Below, in pieces: positions 9,434 through 18,966 of a DNA stretch of 64,000 bases. The position numbers and the translations under genes are program-made. Position 1 is the first letter of the stretch. Each line of letters begins with the position of its first letter. The notes beneath the pieces are model-generated. The model saw only the letters and a list, made by a program, of their open reading frames with translations. It was not told the DNA's origin and did not search any database. The stretch is from a virus, in IMG/VR virus record IMGVR_UViG_3300035182_001904; one strand, written 5' to 3'.

Positions 9434-10000
9434 TCAGTGTACGGTCGGAAACACGGAGACGTACATCTCCATCAGCTTCAGGTAGACCTCGCGACACGCG
9501 CGAGCGTCTCCCATCGCGCGGTGCGCTTCGTGCTCGATGCCGAAGTGCGCTGACAGCGTCACGAGCTTGAGGTTCGGAACGTGACCTGCCTTGAGCAGTG
9601 GCGTCGCGAGCGCGACCGTGTCGATCTTGTGGTAGTCGCCGTTCCAGCGTTGGCTGCGTTGCGCCATCGCCATCTCGAAGAAGGACCAGTCGAACGGCGT
9701 GTTGTGCGCGACGAACACCGAGTCGCGCCCCAAGCCCAACATCTTCACCATGGCGATGTCGAGGTCGATGGCCTCCGATGCCCACTTCTCGGTGGTGTAG
9801 CCGTTGATGCGTGCCGCCCCAGGGTCGACGGGCTTCTTCGGGATGACCTTGGCGGAGTACTCGTTCAGGACATGTTGTCCTGACGGGTCCGTCACGATAC
9901 AGGCCACCTCGACCATGTCAGCGACGGCGGGGTTGAGCCCTCCGGTCTCACAGTCGAAGAAGAAGAGGTTGCAGTCCTTCATGGCGGGGCGTGGCGGCAT
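9434..10000 (-). CDS. DEDDh 3'-5' exonuclease (DnaQ-like)
   Basis: ExoI FFDCETGGL, ExoII VAHNTPFD, ExoIII HRAMGDA. Confidence 0.9.
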   Translation of the reverse strand: MPPRPAMKDCNLFFFDCETGGLNPAVADMVEVACIVTDPSGQHVLNEYSAKVIPKKPVDPGAARINGYTTEKWASEAIDLDIAMVKMLGLGRDSVFVAHNTPFDWSFFEMAMAQRSQRWNGDYHKIDTVALATPLLKAGHVPNLKLVTLSAHFGIEHEAHRAMGDARACREVYLKLMEMYVSVFPTVH

Positions 10001-10039
10001 TGATGGTCCTCTGCGAAATCTTATACCAGAAAGGTAGGT

Positions 10040-10204
10040 TTATTTAGCAAGCACGACGGCGCGCGGAAGACGGTCCTGGAGATCTTTTTCGTGACCACAC
10101 GTCCAGCCGTCTCCGCCGCACGTGACCTCCAGGTCGATCGATACCTGACACACCCCAGGCGGGATCCGGAGGAGCACCACCACCAGGAATGCGATGAGCC
10201 ACAT
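10040..10204 (-). CDS. Small protein with hydrophobic N-terminus (54 aa, not in ORF track)
   Basis: MWLIAFLVVVLLRIPPGVCQ...VVLAK. Start is TGATG-coupled to the polymerase stop. Confidence 0.4.
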   Translation of the reverse strand: MWLIAFLVVVLLRIPPGVCQVSIDLEVTCGGDGWTCGHEKDLQDRLPRAVVLAK

Positions 10205-13161
10205 CACGACGCGACCTCTGCAATCTCGGCGATCGCCTCGCGCTCCTTGCGCTCCTCGTCGTCTTCACGCAGATCGTTGAGGGATTCCTCGTCCAGTTCG
10301 ACCAGGAACTCCTCGTCGGGCGTCATCACCTTCTGAGGGTTCCGGGTGATGTAGTCGGACAGGGCGATCGTTTCGCCGTAGCTCGGACCGACGCTCACGT
10401 CGTGTGCGAACGCGACGGGCAGCCAGGGGAACTTCTGACTGACACGCTCCACGCAGTAGTAGTCGAAGAATGCCTGCGCCTGGGGGAGGTACTTCTTCTT
10501 GATGGTGCCGACGATCGAGTCGTGCACCGTGATGCAGCAACGGCCGCCCAGCTGGCCGATGTTCTCGAAGATCTCGATCAGCTGCGCCACGACGATATCC
10601 GACGACGTCGACTGGATCTTCATGTTCTTGCCACGACGTTCGGCCTGCCCCCGGAAGAAGCCGTTGACCGTCTGAAGCGGGAACCGACGGCGGCGTCCGA
10701 ACAACGTCTCGACGAAGCCCTTCGAGTGGATCTGCGACACCACTTCGTCCATGTAGTCGCGCAAGGACGGGAAGCGGTTGAACAGCTTGTCGATGACGTT
10801 CTGCGCAGCCTCTTCCGAGATGCCGGCTGTTTCGGCGATCTTCTTCGCCATCGCACCATAGAGAATGCCGAACACGACACGCTTCACGGTCGTGCGTGTC
10901 TTGCCCATCTCGTCGCTAATGTCCTTCTGTGCCTCGACCTCCTCGTACGGGATGCCGAAGATCTCCTGCGTGAACCAGCTGTGGACATCGAGCCCGTCGT
11001 TCAGCGCCTTGATCAACTGCGGGTCAGGCGCGTACGCCGTGAACACGCGAATCTCCGCACCTTTCCAGTCCACGTTGAAGATCAGCTCTTCCTCGGGGTC
11101 ATCCGGGATGAAGATTTTCTTGATGTTGACGCCGGCCAGCTTCTTCGGCTGGTTCTGCATGTTGACGTTCGAGGAGGACAGTCGCCCCGTCGATGTGCCG
11201 TGCAGGTGGAAGCTGGTGTGCAGATAGCCGTCGTACTCCGACAACATCTTGATGTCGTGGACGAACCCGGTCAGCGCTTTGTGTGCCGACCGATACTCGA
11301 GCAGCGTCTTGGAGAACGGACATTTCATGCGCTCGACGAGCGCCTTGAGCATCTTCTTGTCGGTCTTGTACTTGTTCGACTTCTTGTTTCGCTCGAGCCA
11401 GTCGTTGTCGTAGGCGACACGTGTGCCGTCTGGCTGAGGCACCCCCTTGTTGTAGAGGATGTATGCGATGTCTGCCGTCGAGTTGGGATTGAACTCGGTC
11501 CCCTTTTCGGGATCCCACATCTCGGCGAGGATCTTCTTCTTCTCATCGACGATCTTGCTCAGGTCGATCTCGAGCTTCTCGATGTACGGCCGGTCGACAC
11601 GGAAGCCCGTGAACTCCATGCTCCCAAGCACACGCGACGCTGGAACACAGTGCGAGGCCATGAGCGCACGCGCGTGCTGCTGGAAGCCTTCTTGTTGCAT
11701 ACGCACGAACTGATGACGCAGAAGACGGCGCGTCAGGTCCGTGTCGACAGCGGCGTAGATGAGCAGCGTATCGAGGGCCACGCGCTCGTAGCCTTCATCG
11801 AAGACCTGCTTCTTGCGGTCCTTCTTGGTCCCGAACAAGTAGGCCTCGAGTTCCTTCTTGCTCATCTCCATCGTCAGGCCGTCTTCGATGCCCGCGATGC
11901 CCTTCTTCGGCTTGCCCTTGCGCGCCTTGACGAGAACCGTGCGCACCCCCTCCTCTTCCGGGGTGAGCTGTTCGGCCAACTCCTGCACCTTGTCAGCGTA
12001 GTTGCTGAACATCGGGAAGTAGCTGCGCCCCAACGTCTTGAGGCCATACGAGCCTGTCATGTCCTCGCGGAGCAAGTGCTCCCCAAGCATCGAGTCCCAG
12101 GCGACGTTGTTGACGCGCCAGCCGTGTCGCAGCTCGAGGAACTTGAGGTCGAACTTGGCGTTGTGGAAGACCTTGGGCTTGGGACACTCGAGCACGCGCT
12201 TGACATGTCCGATGACCTCTTCAAGCTCTTCGGGACTCCACGGAGATTCCCGATGGAACAATGGGATTGCAGTCGCGCACCCAGTGTCCCATGCGAACGA
12301 GACACACAGAACCTTCGCATCCTTGCGATGCGGGTTGACGGTGTTGGTCTCAGTATCCACCGCGATGGCACACTGCGCGGCGGTCTTGGCACCTGTGACT
12401 ACATGGTCAATAATCGTGTCACAGACCTCTTTGACCTCCGCAACCGTTTGCGGAATCCGATAGTCCTTGGTGATCTCCTCGATCGTAGCGTTGGTCCCCG
12501 CTTCATCAACACCACCCGCGATGCGGATGGCGCGTACAACGTCCGCGTAGAACAGGTTGTAAAGGCCCGTCTTGGAGACCAGGTGCTTAGTCGAAAAGGT
12601 TGGAAGGACCTTGTACGCAACGCCGTCGATTTCGATGTTGAGAAGCCGCCCGCGCGATTCCATGAACGCGTTGTCGCGATACCCGAGAGCCTTGAGAGCG
12701 GTCGCTCCGAACGCCACGACGATCTTCGGCTTGTGGTCCTTCAACTCACGGCGGAGATAGTCCGAGCAGCGTTTGATGGTCGCGGCACTCGCAGTCGCGC
12801 TCTGGTCACGCCCGTCTTCGACCTGACACTTGACGGCGTACGTGTCCCATTTGGTCAGGAACTCCATGCGCAGGTTTCCGCCCGTGCGCTTGTCCAGCTC
12901 CTTCAACTCCTTCCAGAGAGTACGGATGATGCGTCCACCGCGCCCGTAGAACACCTGCTGGTTGTTGGTGGACCAGGACGACGGGGACTCGGACACGAAC
13001 ATGATGTCCACGCTGCCACGCCAACCCTGACCCTTCACACACGCCTTGTCGAACAGGTCGCAGCCCCGGCAGGGGAACGGTTTCTGTTTCGATTCACCCT
13101 CCAGGCTCAGGGACGGATCGTCCACGGAGATCGCCGGAGGCTTGTCTTTCTTGGCAGCCAC
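10204..13161 (-). CDS. polA: Family A DNA polymerase with N-terminal UDG-like (family 4) domain and 3'-5' exonuclease
   Basis: UDG Fe-S Cys set CRGC..C..C. Exo motifs IAVDTET, FHNAKFD and YAAVD. Pol motifs GRLSSSNVNMQN, VDWKGAEIR, KRVVFGILYG and TVHDS. Confidence 0.92.
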   Translation of the reverse strand: MAAKKDKPPAISVDDPSLSLEGESKQKPFPCRGCDLFDKACVKGQGWRGSVDIMFVSESPSSWSTNNQQVFYGRGGRIIRTLWKELKELDKRTGGNLRMEFLTKWDTYAVKCQVEDGRDQSATASAATIKRCSDYLRRELKDHKPKIVVAFGATALKALGYRDNAFMESRGRLLNIEIDGVAYKVLPTFSTKHLVSKTGLYNLFYADVVRAIRIAGGVDEAGTNATIEEITKDYRIPQTVAEVKEVCDTIIDHVVTGAKTAAQCAIAVDTETNTVNPHRKDAKVLCVSFAWDTGCATAIPLFHRESPWSPEELEEVIGHVKRVLECPKPKVFHNAKFDLKFLELRHGWRVNNVAWDSMLGEHLLREDMTGSYGLKTLGRSYFPMFSNYADKVQELAEQLTPEEEGVRTVLVKARKGKPKKGIAGIEDGLTMEMSKKELEAYLFGTKKDRKKQVFDEGYERVALDTLLIYAAVDTDLTRRLLRHQFVRMQQEGFQQHARALMASHCVPASRVLGSMEFTGFRVDRPYIEKLEIDLSKIVDEKKKILAEMWDPEKGTEFNPNSTADIAYILYNKGVPQPDGTRVAYDNDWLERNKKSNKYKTDKKMLKALVERMKCPFSKTLLEYRSAHKALTGFVHDIKMLSEYDGYLHTSFHLHGTSTGRLSSSNVNMQNQPKKLAGVNIKKIFIPDDPEEELIFNVDWKGAEIRVFTAYAPDPQLIKALNDGLDVHSWFTQEIFGIPYEEVEAQKDISDEMGKTRTTVKRVVFGILYGAMAKKIAETAGISEEAAQNVIDKLFNRFPSLRDYMDEVVSQIHSKGFVETLFGRRRRFPLQTVNGFFRGQAERRGKNMKIQSTSSDIVVAQLIEIFENIGQLGGRCCITVHDSIVGTIKKKYLPQAQAFFDYYCVERVSQKFPWLPVAFAHDVSVGPSYGETIALSDYITRNPQKVMTPDEEFLVELDEESLNDLREDDEERKEREAIAEIAEVAS

Positions 13162-13196
13162 TACAAGTCCTCCGATGTTGGCGACATAAACATATC

Positions 13197-16100
13197 CTAC
13201 ACGATGATGTCGTCGTCGTCCGTTCCGCTCCCGATGATCTGCGGCTTGTCTTCGTCCACCTTGATCTCGGGATCGCCAGGGGCTGGTGCCTTAGCGTTTC
13301 CTTCGGCATAACGGGCCCGTGTCGCGTCCAGCAAGTGCTTGATCGAGAACACGGAGATCAGGTCGATGGGTTGACAGGGGCCCATCACGTCGACGAGGCG
13401 CTCGAGCACCCGCGCACGCTTCACTTCATCGTTGCCGATGTGATGCGGCGAACGCTCCGACACCTGCTTGAGGAACGTCGGCGTCTCGGTGCGGTACCGC
13501 GTCTGCGCCAAAAGCCCCTGCGAGGCCTCGACCCAGTTCACGACCAACCACTCCTGCTTGACGTCGAGGTAGACGCCCTTCTTCGTCTTGTTGATGTCGT
13601 CCAGCTTGTTCAAGTCGCCAAGCATGACGCGGATGGTCGTCATGCCGGACATCTGGTCCTGCGTTCCGACGGTTGCCGTTTGGATCGCCGAGCCCAGGAT
13701 GGTCTCGAAGATCTGCTCGTTCTCCGACGTCGTCTTGAGCCGCGCGAGTTGTTCCCGCCGGGACTCCGCGAAGTCGTACGCGAACGTCTGGTAGTTCGGG
13801 ATGGGGTTGGAACCGCCGCGCTCCTTGGCCAGTTCATCGAGCAGCTTGAGCATGGCCATCTCAGGGAACATGGCTTCACGGAAGCGCGAAGACGCATGGG
13901 CGGGCAGCTTGTTGCCTGTCACGTACTCTTGCTCGATCGCTGCCTGGTGTTGGCGCAGCCGCAGCATGTACGGAAGCAAGCCCACCACCATGTCGTGACG
14001 GGTCTTGCTGATCAGGTGGTCGCCGAACTTGCCTGCGAGCGCCAGGACGGGGTCCTTGTGGCTTGCGTCCTTGACCAGCTCGAACTGCACGAAGCGCGAC
14101 AGCGACGCGGCGTCACGCAGCGGTCGAATCGCACAGGCCACCAACGGGAAGCGTAGGTGGTAGGTCCGGCTCTCGCCGGTCGTGGTCCCGATGGACCAGT
14201 TGACGGCGGTCTCCGAGATCAAGTCACGACACAACTCGAGCACCTTGCGCACCGCGATGGACTTCGCGTCGTTGCCGCCGTAGTCCTCGAACTCCTCGAG
14301 ACACAGGGTGAGGCTCGAGTTGTTGCGTTGCTGGCGGATAGACGCGGCCGTGTAGCCCTGCATCGTGATCGCGTGCGCCACGATGTTGATGCGTGACGAG
14401 CTTCCGCCGCCTACGAAGCCCGCGGTGAACTTGCTCTTGCCGGACTCGTGTTCGGCGTTGAGGATGACCGCGGTCTGACGTGTGAAGACGTTCATCATGG
14501 CCAAGCACATCACGTAGGCCGCCAGGAACGTGCAGTCGAGTTGCTGATAGCGGAAGGCCCACCCCGTCTCGATCATGTCCTTGACCCGCACGAACAGGTC
14601 GACCAGGTCAACCGGCGTGGTCAGGTCCTTCGCGTCTACGACGGTCTCGATCCAGGCGGCTCCCGAGTTGTCGAAGATCACGCCTTCGTGACGCGGTCCG
14701 TCGAGGGGTGTCGCGGTGAAGTTCGCACCGTCGTGCGTGAGGCAGTACACGTCACGTCCGTTCACGAGGTACGAGCGCATGCGCGTCTCCGTAGACTCGA
14801 TCATGTGAATGCCCTGGCTCTTGATCGGTGCGTGGTCCATCGAAGGTAACCCCTTTGCCATCATGAGAAACGCGAAGTTCAAGTACTCACGGTACTTCTT
14901 GGACTTCATCGAGATGTTGAACTGGGACGCCTCGGGGTCGTCGCCCACGATGAACGGCGGATCTCCCACAGTGTCCTTGATGAAGTCGTAGATCGGGCCG
15001 TACTGACGCGAGACAAGCGTCTCCGCGCTGCGCTCGTCGTTCAAGACGACGGTGTCGGTTGTCCGGCTCGCCTTGTTCCAGAGTGACAAGATACGCTTAC
15101 GTCCTTCGCCGTTCTGGATGCCTACCGGATGGTAGCGGTCCAGCAATGCTGTATGCAGGCGTTTGATGAACTCTTCCTCGTTGTCGTTCTTGACCAGGAT
15201 GTCGTGTCGAAGAATGACCGCGTCTAGGTTGTGGTCTTTTGCTACCGCAACACAGAACGCATTGCAGACATGTTCGTCTTTGAGATAGAGGCCCCAGCGC
15301 TTGGCCGCTTGGCTGATGGTTGAAACGTCAGTCGTTCCGCTCTTGGCAATCTCCGCAGAGAATTGGTCGTAGCACCACACATCGGTGGACTCGTACATCT
15401 TCTCGTTGGTGATGTACCGAACCCACCGCGGATACCCGATTTCTCGGATGGCGTCGTCGGGGTCTTTGATCCAGACGTCAGGACGCGTCGGGTCACGCCA
15501 ATCGACGTACTCCTCGGGCCAGGTGAAAACGCGGAAGGCGAGGGCCTTCGTCTTCGTCTGATCCAGGAGACGTGCGACCAGCTTGTCGCCGCCGCCGTCA
15601 CGGTCAGGGACGATCCACGCACGGCTGATGCCCATCATCAGAAGGCGATCGACGCCTTGGGCACCGCTGCCGCTGAGACCGAGTGCGATGAAGTCATCCG
15701 ACTGACGCCGGATCTGTTGTGCGATCGAACAGAGCGCGTCGAACTCTCCCTCGGAGAGGTGCCCGACGAAGCCTTTGTCGGGACCGTCCATGCCGTGGTC
15801 TTCGGAGCTGAGGTACGTGCGGTAGTAGCGCAGGCCGTAGAACCCGTGGAACCCGTCCATCTCGGCTTCGTAGGAGTCCTCGACCCAGGCTTGACTGACA
15901 CAAGGCTTGGCAGGCTCGCGTAGCTTGAACCGACAGATTGACGTCGGGGTGTCATCGTACGGGAAGACAAGGTGCCCGATATACGTCTGACCCTCGGTGT
16001 ACTTGCCGAAGTAGCTGCGGAAGAACTTGTACTCCTCCGACGTCACGCCGAAGTGGTTCTCGACGTCCACGATGCGCGGGAAGATACCGATCAGTTCGCG

Positions 16101-16709
16101 TGAGCAAAGCGTCACCCAGACGCCGAACTGATCGAACGTTCCATCCGACTGGTCCTTCTCTGCAACCAGTTCGTTGGGCGCGCTCTCGCCCAGACGCCGT
16201 GCGAGTAGGTAGTCGAGCGTGGGCTTGGTCCAGTTCAGGTGATCGGTCTCGAGCGTGCCTGCGGCATACGAGCCGAGCGCCTTGAACAACAAGGTGCTGA
16301 AGAACGTCATCAGCGCGGTCTTGTTCTTCTGGTAGACCTCGTGGCTCTGAACCTTCTCGAACAGCTCCTTGGGAATCGACGCGGAGAGGCCCCAACGCTT
16401 CTTGGCGAAGACGAGTGCGTCGGAGACGGACGTGTTGTTGACCGCAGCGATGAGGTGGATCGGGTTGACGAAGTGCTTGTGGCAGCCGAAACACCGCGCG
16501 AGCCCTTTGAAGGGTGTAACGATGAACGATGCCGTCCCATCAGAATGGAACGGGCAACGGCCTTTGATGTGTGGCCCCGACGAATGAAAAGCCGCTTCGG
16601 GCTGTGCCTCCGCAAGCCAACTGAGCCAGTCGCTGTTCTGGACGTCGGTCCAGACCCGGTTGAGCCGCGTGAACGCGACCTTCGAATCACCCTTCGCTTT
16701 ACGCGCCAC
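13197..16709 (-). CDS. DnaG-type primase (CHC2 Zn finger + TOPRIM) fused to a C-terminal P-loop domain
   Basis: CPFH...CFGC, EGEFDAL and VPDRDGGG. Distal NAEHESGKS and LCLEE resemble Walker A and B. Confidence 0.8.
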   Translation of the reverse strand: MARKAKGDSKVAFTRLNRVWTDVQNSDWLSWLAEAQPEAAFHSSGPHIKGRCPFHSDGTASFIVTPFKGLARCFGCHKHFVNPIHLIAAVNNTSVSDALVFAKKRWGLSASIPKELFEKVQSHEVYQKNKTALMTFFSTLLFKALGSYAAGTLETDHLNWTKPTLDYLLARRLGESAPNELVAEKDQSDGTFDQFGVWVTLCSRELIGIFPRIVDVENHFGVTSEEYKFFRSYFGKYTEGQTYIGHLVFPYDDTPTSICRFKLREPAKPCVSQAWVEDSYEAEMDGFHGFYGLRYYRTYLSSEDHGMDGPDKGFVGHLSEGEFDALCSIAQQIRRQSDDFIALGLSGSGAQGVDRLLMMGISRAWIVPDRDGGGDKLVARLLDQTKTKALAFRVFTWPEEYVDWRDPTRPDVWIKDPDDAIREIGYPRWVRYITNEKMYESTDVWCYDQFSAEIAKSGTTDVSTISQAAKRWGLYLKDEHVCNAFCVAVAKDHNLDAVILRHDILVKNDNEEEFIKRLHTALLDRYHPVGIQNGEGRKRILSLWNKASRTTDTVVLNDERSAETLVSRQYGPIYDFIKDTVGDPPFIVGDDPEASQFNISMKSKKYREYLNFAFLMMAKGLPSMDHAPIKSQGIHMIESTETRMRSYLVNGRDVYCLTHDGANFTATPLDGPRHEGVIFDNSGAAWIETVVDAKDLTTPVDLVDLFVRVKDMIETGWAFRYQQLDCTFLAAYVMCLAMMNVFTRQTAVILNAEHESGKSKFTAGFVGGGSSSRINIVAHAITMQGYTAASIRQQRNNSSLTLCLEEFEDYGGNDAKSIAVRKVLELCRDLISETAVNWSIGTTTGESRTYHLRFPLVACAIRPLRDAASLSRFVQFELVKDASHKDPVLALAGKFGDHLISKTRHDMVVGLLPYMLRLRQHQAAIEQEYVTGNKLPAHASSRFREAMFPEMAMLKLLDELAKERGGSNPIPNYQTFAYDFAESRREQLARLKTTSENEQIFETILGSAIQTATVGTQDQMSGMTTIRVMLGDLNKLDDINKTKKGVYLDVKQEWLVVNWVEASQGLLAQTRYRTETPTFLKQVSERSPHHIGNDEVKRARVLERLVDVMGPCQPIDLISVFSIKHLLDATRARYAEGNAKAPAPGDPEIKVDEDKPQIIGSGTDDDDIIV

Positions 16710-17544
16710 CGAACTTCTCCTTGTAGGCAGGACACACGTCCGAGTACTGACACCAACCGCACGGCCAGCCGACCTTCTTGTCGCGACGACGCCCTCCTGC
16801 GGGACGCGCCTCGAACGGCTCGGTCAGGTTGTCCGCCGCAGCGTTGATGCGACCGTACAACCAGGGCGCGTACTGCAACCGCAAACGGTCTGCAGGGATG
16901 AACGGCGTCCACTGGAGCCGGAGATCTGCCGGACCTTGTAGGAAGTTGATGCCCCCACGCACGCCGGCGATATCCGGCATGTTGGGGAGCGCGAGCACGC
17001 CATAGGCCTGAAGCTGTTGTCGCTTCTTCTGGTCACGTTCGAGGGGCTTGGCGACGCCAGACTTGTGATCGATCAAGTAGAGGTCGTTGTCGCGGGTGAG
17101 CGCCCCTAGGTCGAGCTTGCCGCGGAAGAACACATTCTCGGCAAAGAAGCCTGCGGGCTCGTACGTGTCCGTGATGCCCCAGTCGGCCTCGACGAACACC
17201 TTCGTCACGCCCTGCGTTTTGCAGAAACGATCGAAGCGCGCGAGGAACTCATCCATGCACTCGTTGAGCATGTGCAGTGACTCAACTTCGGACGAGGTCA
17301 GCGGCGTCTTGTCGACGGCGACCTTCCGTGCTTCCTCTGCCGGTTTGCCCAGGACGCGGTGCTCGAGCACAGCGTGAGCGACGATCCCGACCTTGGTGTC
17401 GGAGGGCGCGGCACTCGCGGCGGTCTTGGCAATGTGCTTGTGTCCGAACTGCGCGGGGCAGGACTCGGACGTCTCCATCTTGGAGAAGGACCAGGGGGCG
17501 TACTTGCGCGCGAGTGCAGAGATCTCGTAAGCGGCCACATCCAC
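16699..17544 (-). CDS. Cas4/RecB-like PD-(D/E)XK nuclease
   Basis: SFSK..CP at the N-terminus, GKLD..IDHKSG, QLQAY, and C-terminal CGWC..C (1+3 Cys Fe-S pattern). Confidence 0.85.
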   Translation of the reverse strand: MDVAAYEISALARKYAPWSFSKMETSESCPAQFGHKHIAKTAASAAPSDTKVGIVAHAVLEHRVLGKPAEEARKVAVDKTPLTSSEVESLHMLNECMDEFLARFDRFCKTQGVTKVFVEADWGITDTYEPAGFFAENVFFRGKLDLGALTRDNDLYLIDHKSGVAKPLERDQKKRQQLQAYGVLALPNMPDIAGVRGGINFLQGPADLRLQWTPFIPADRLRLQYAPWLYGRINAAADNLTEPFEARPAGGRRRDKKVGWPCGWCQYSDVCPAYKEKFGGA

Positions 17545-17554
17545 CCCTGTTCAG

Positions 17555-17700
17555 TTGAAAAAAAGAAGTGCCGTCTTTCCGGCTGTCAGTTGTCTCTCCA
17601 ACCGTCACGAATGTTCCTGGCGGCGACCAATTGCCTTGTTCCGTACGGGTGCGACCCGCATCAACTATCCAGAGGCTCTTCGTTTCCTTGGTCTCGCTGC
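17555..17700 (-). ncRNA. Candidate structured RNA ending in a U-tract
   Basis: Nested helices GACCAA/TTGGTC, GCC/GGC and TGCGGGT/ACCCGTA, then two hairpins with GAGAGA and GAAAGA loops, then T7. Confidence 0.4.
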
Positions 17701-17701
17701 C

Positions 17702-18742
17702 CTACATGGGCTTGTTCGACGAACGCGCCGACGATCCCTTCGTCGGCTTGGCCGTCTCGACCACCGGGCTCAGATCCGGCTCGACGCCGGCGTTGTCAGC
17801 CAGGCCTGCCTCGAGCGCACCCGCGGCGAACTGGCCCTCGGCCTCGACCGCAGCCTGCGGCGCCCGCTGCGGACGCGCGTACCAGTCCGCGAGGAACAGC
17901 TTGCGACCCGCGACGTACATCCCGTAGAGCGCCTCGGCGAGACGCATGACGTGCTCCGGGTTGTCCTTGCCGGTGGGCTCGACCTTGTAGACGTAGTAGA
18001 GGCCGAGATCGCCGGTCTTCTTCTCGGTGTTGAGCATGTAGCTCTGCCGCCAGACAGCCGTCTGCTGGCCCGCGAGCGAGATCAGCGCCGAGCCCGCCTT
18101 GCGCGACGTCTTGCCGAACTGCGCCATGTAGACCGCGGGGTTCGCGAGATCGGCCGACATCACGATGGCCACGATGTTGTTCTGGCAGTCCGTCCGCTGC
18201 TGATCACCGCGACCGCTGTTCTGCTTGCCGAACGGCAGGTGCGGGCACTTCAGGCACTCGCCGAACGGGGAGCCGAGCTTCGCATCGGGCGCCTGGCACG
18301 CGGGGTTCTTCCCGTTCTGCGGGAAGTTGATGTTCTCCTCGAAGAAGTAGAGCGGGATGACCGGGCACGGGCGCTCGAGCAGCTGGCCCGCCGAGGTGTA
18401 GAGGTCGCCGTTCTTGGCGGCTTCCGGCTTGGCCTCCGACTGCGAGGTCGGCTGCACGATGCTGATGCGCGGCACCTTCCAGGCCGAGATCATCTCTTCC
18501 ATGCCCGGCTTGTTCGGCGACGCGAGCGCGGCCAGGATGCGGACCGCTTGACGCGCCACGTCGGGCAGCGTCGTGTCATCAGCCAGCGCGCTCAGTGCAT
18601 CGCGGCGCTTGATGACCATCGCTTCCAGCTCGGCGGGATCCTGCGCAGCGGCGAGTGCCCCCATCGAGGGCTTGGTGACCAAGGCCTTGGCCGGGATGAT
18701 CTGGGTGGAGTTATCAGAGGTTCCGTTGGTGGGTTCGGTCAT
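17702..18742 (-). CDS. Hypothetical replication-module protein (possibly SSB/annealing-like)
   Basis: 346-aa ORF with VPRISIVQ motif, a Cys cluster (C..CxxC..C) and an acidic/low-complexity tail. AAGGA RBS present. Function is a guess. Confidence 0.65.
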   Translation of the reverse strand: MTEPTNGTSDNSTQIIPAKALVTKPSMGALAAAQDPAELEAMVIKRRDALSALADDTTLPDVARQAVRILAALASPNKPGMEEMISAWKVPRISIVQPTSQSEAKPEAAKNGDLYTSAGQLLERPCPVIPLYFFEENINFPQNGKNPACQAPDAKLGSPFGECLKCPHLPFGKQNSGRGDQQRTDCQNNIVAIVMSADLANPAVYMAQFGKTSRKAGSALISLAGQQTAVWRQSYMLNTEKKTGDLGLYYVYKVEPTGKDNPEHVMRLAEALYGMYVAGRKLFLADWYARPQRAPQAAVEAEGQFAAGALEAGLADNAGVEPDLSPVVETAKPTKGSSARSSNKPM

Positions 18743-18966
18743 GTCATGTCCTTTTGGAATGCGAGAAAGGGGAAGTCACTCTAGTGATTTCGATGTTTGT
18801 TTGGCAAGCATCGCGAACCGAAATTCGTCGCGCTAGGGCTGGGGTGTATAGGCGAACCCCACCCAAGCGTTTCTGGTGTACGTGTCGGGATCGACACCCA
18901 ACGGGTAGCGTCCGATCGTGGAACTATTTGATCACACGTGGCGCGCTTGGTAGGTTGTTCTTCAAT

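Noticed and set aside
10402-13311. 969-aa plus-strand ORF, and similar long antisense ORFs (17555-18784, 29615-31657, 35642-37303, 38145-39446, 50906-52342, 57461-59269)
   Set aside because: These are shadow frames opposite motif-bearing genes, expected from GC-rich third positions, with no recognisable motifs or RBS.
18754-18966. 71-aa N-terminal extension of the sigma factor (also the ORF-track starts at 291, 34851, 35600, 43451, 44101, 52662, 55773)
   Set aside because: The extensions overlap upstream genes or intergenic signals and lack coding-like composition. Downstream starts have an RBS or stop-start coupling.
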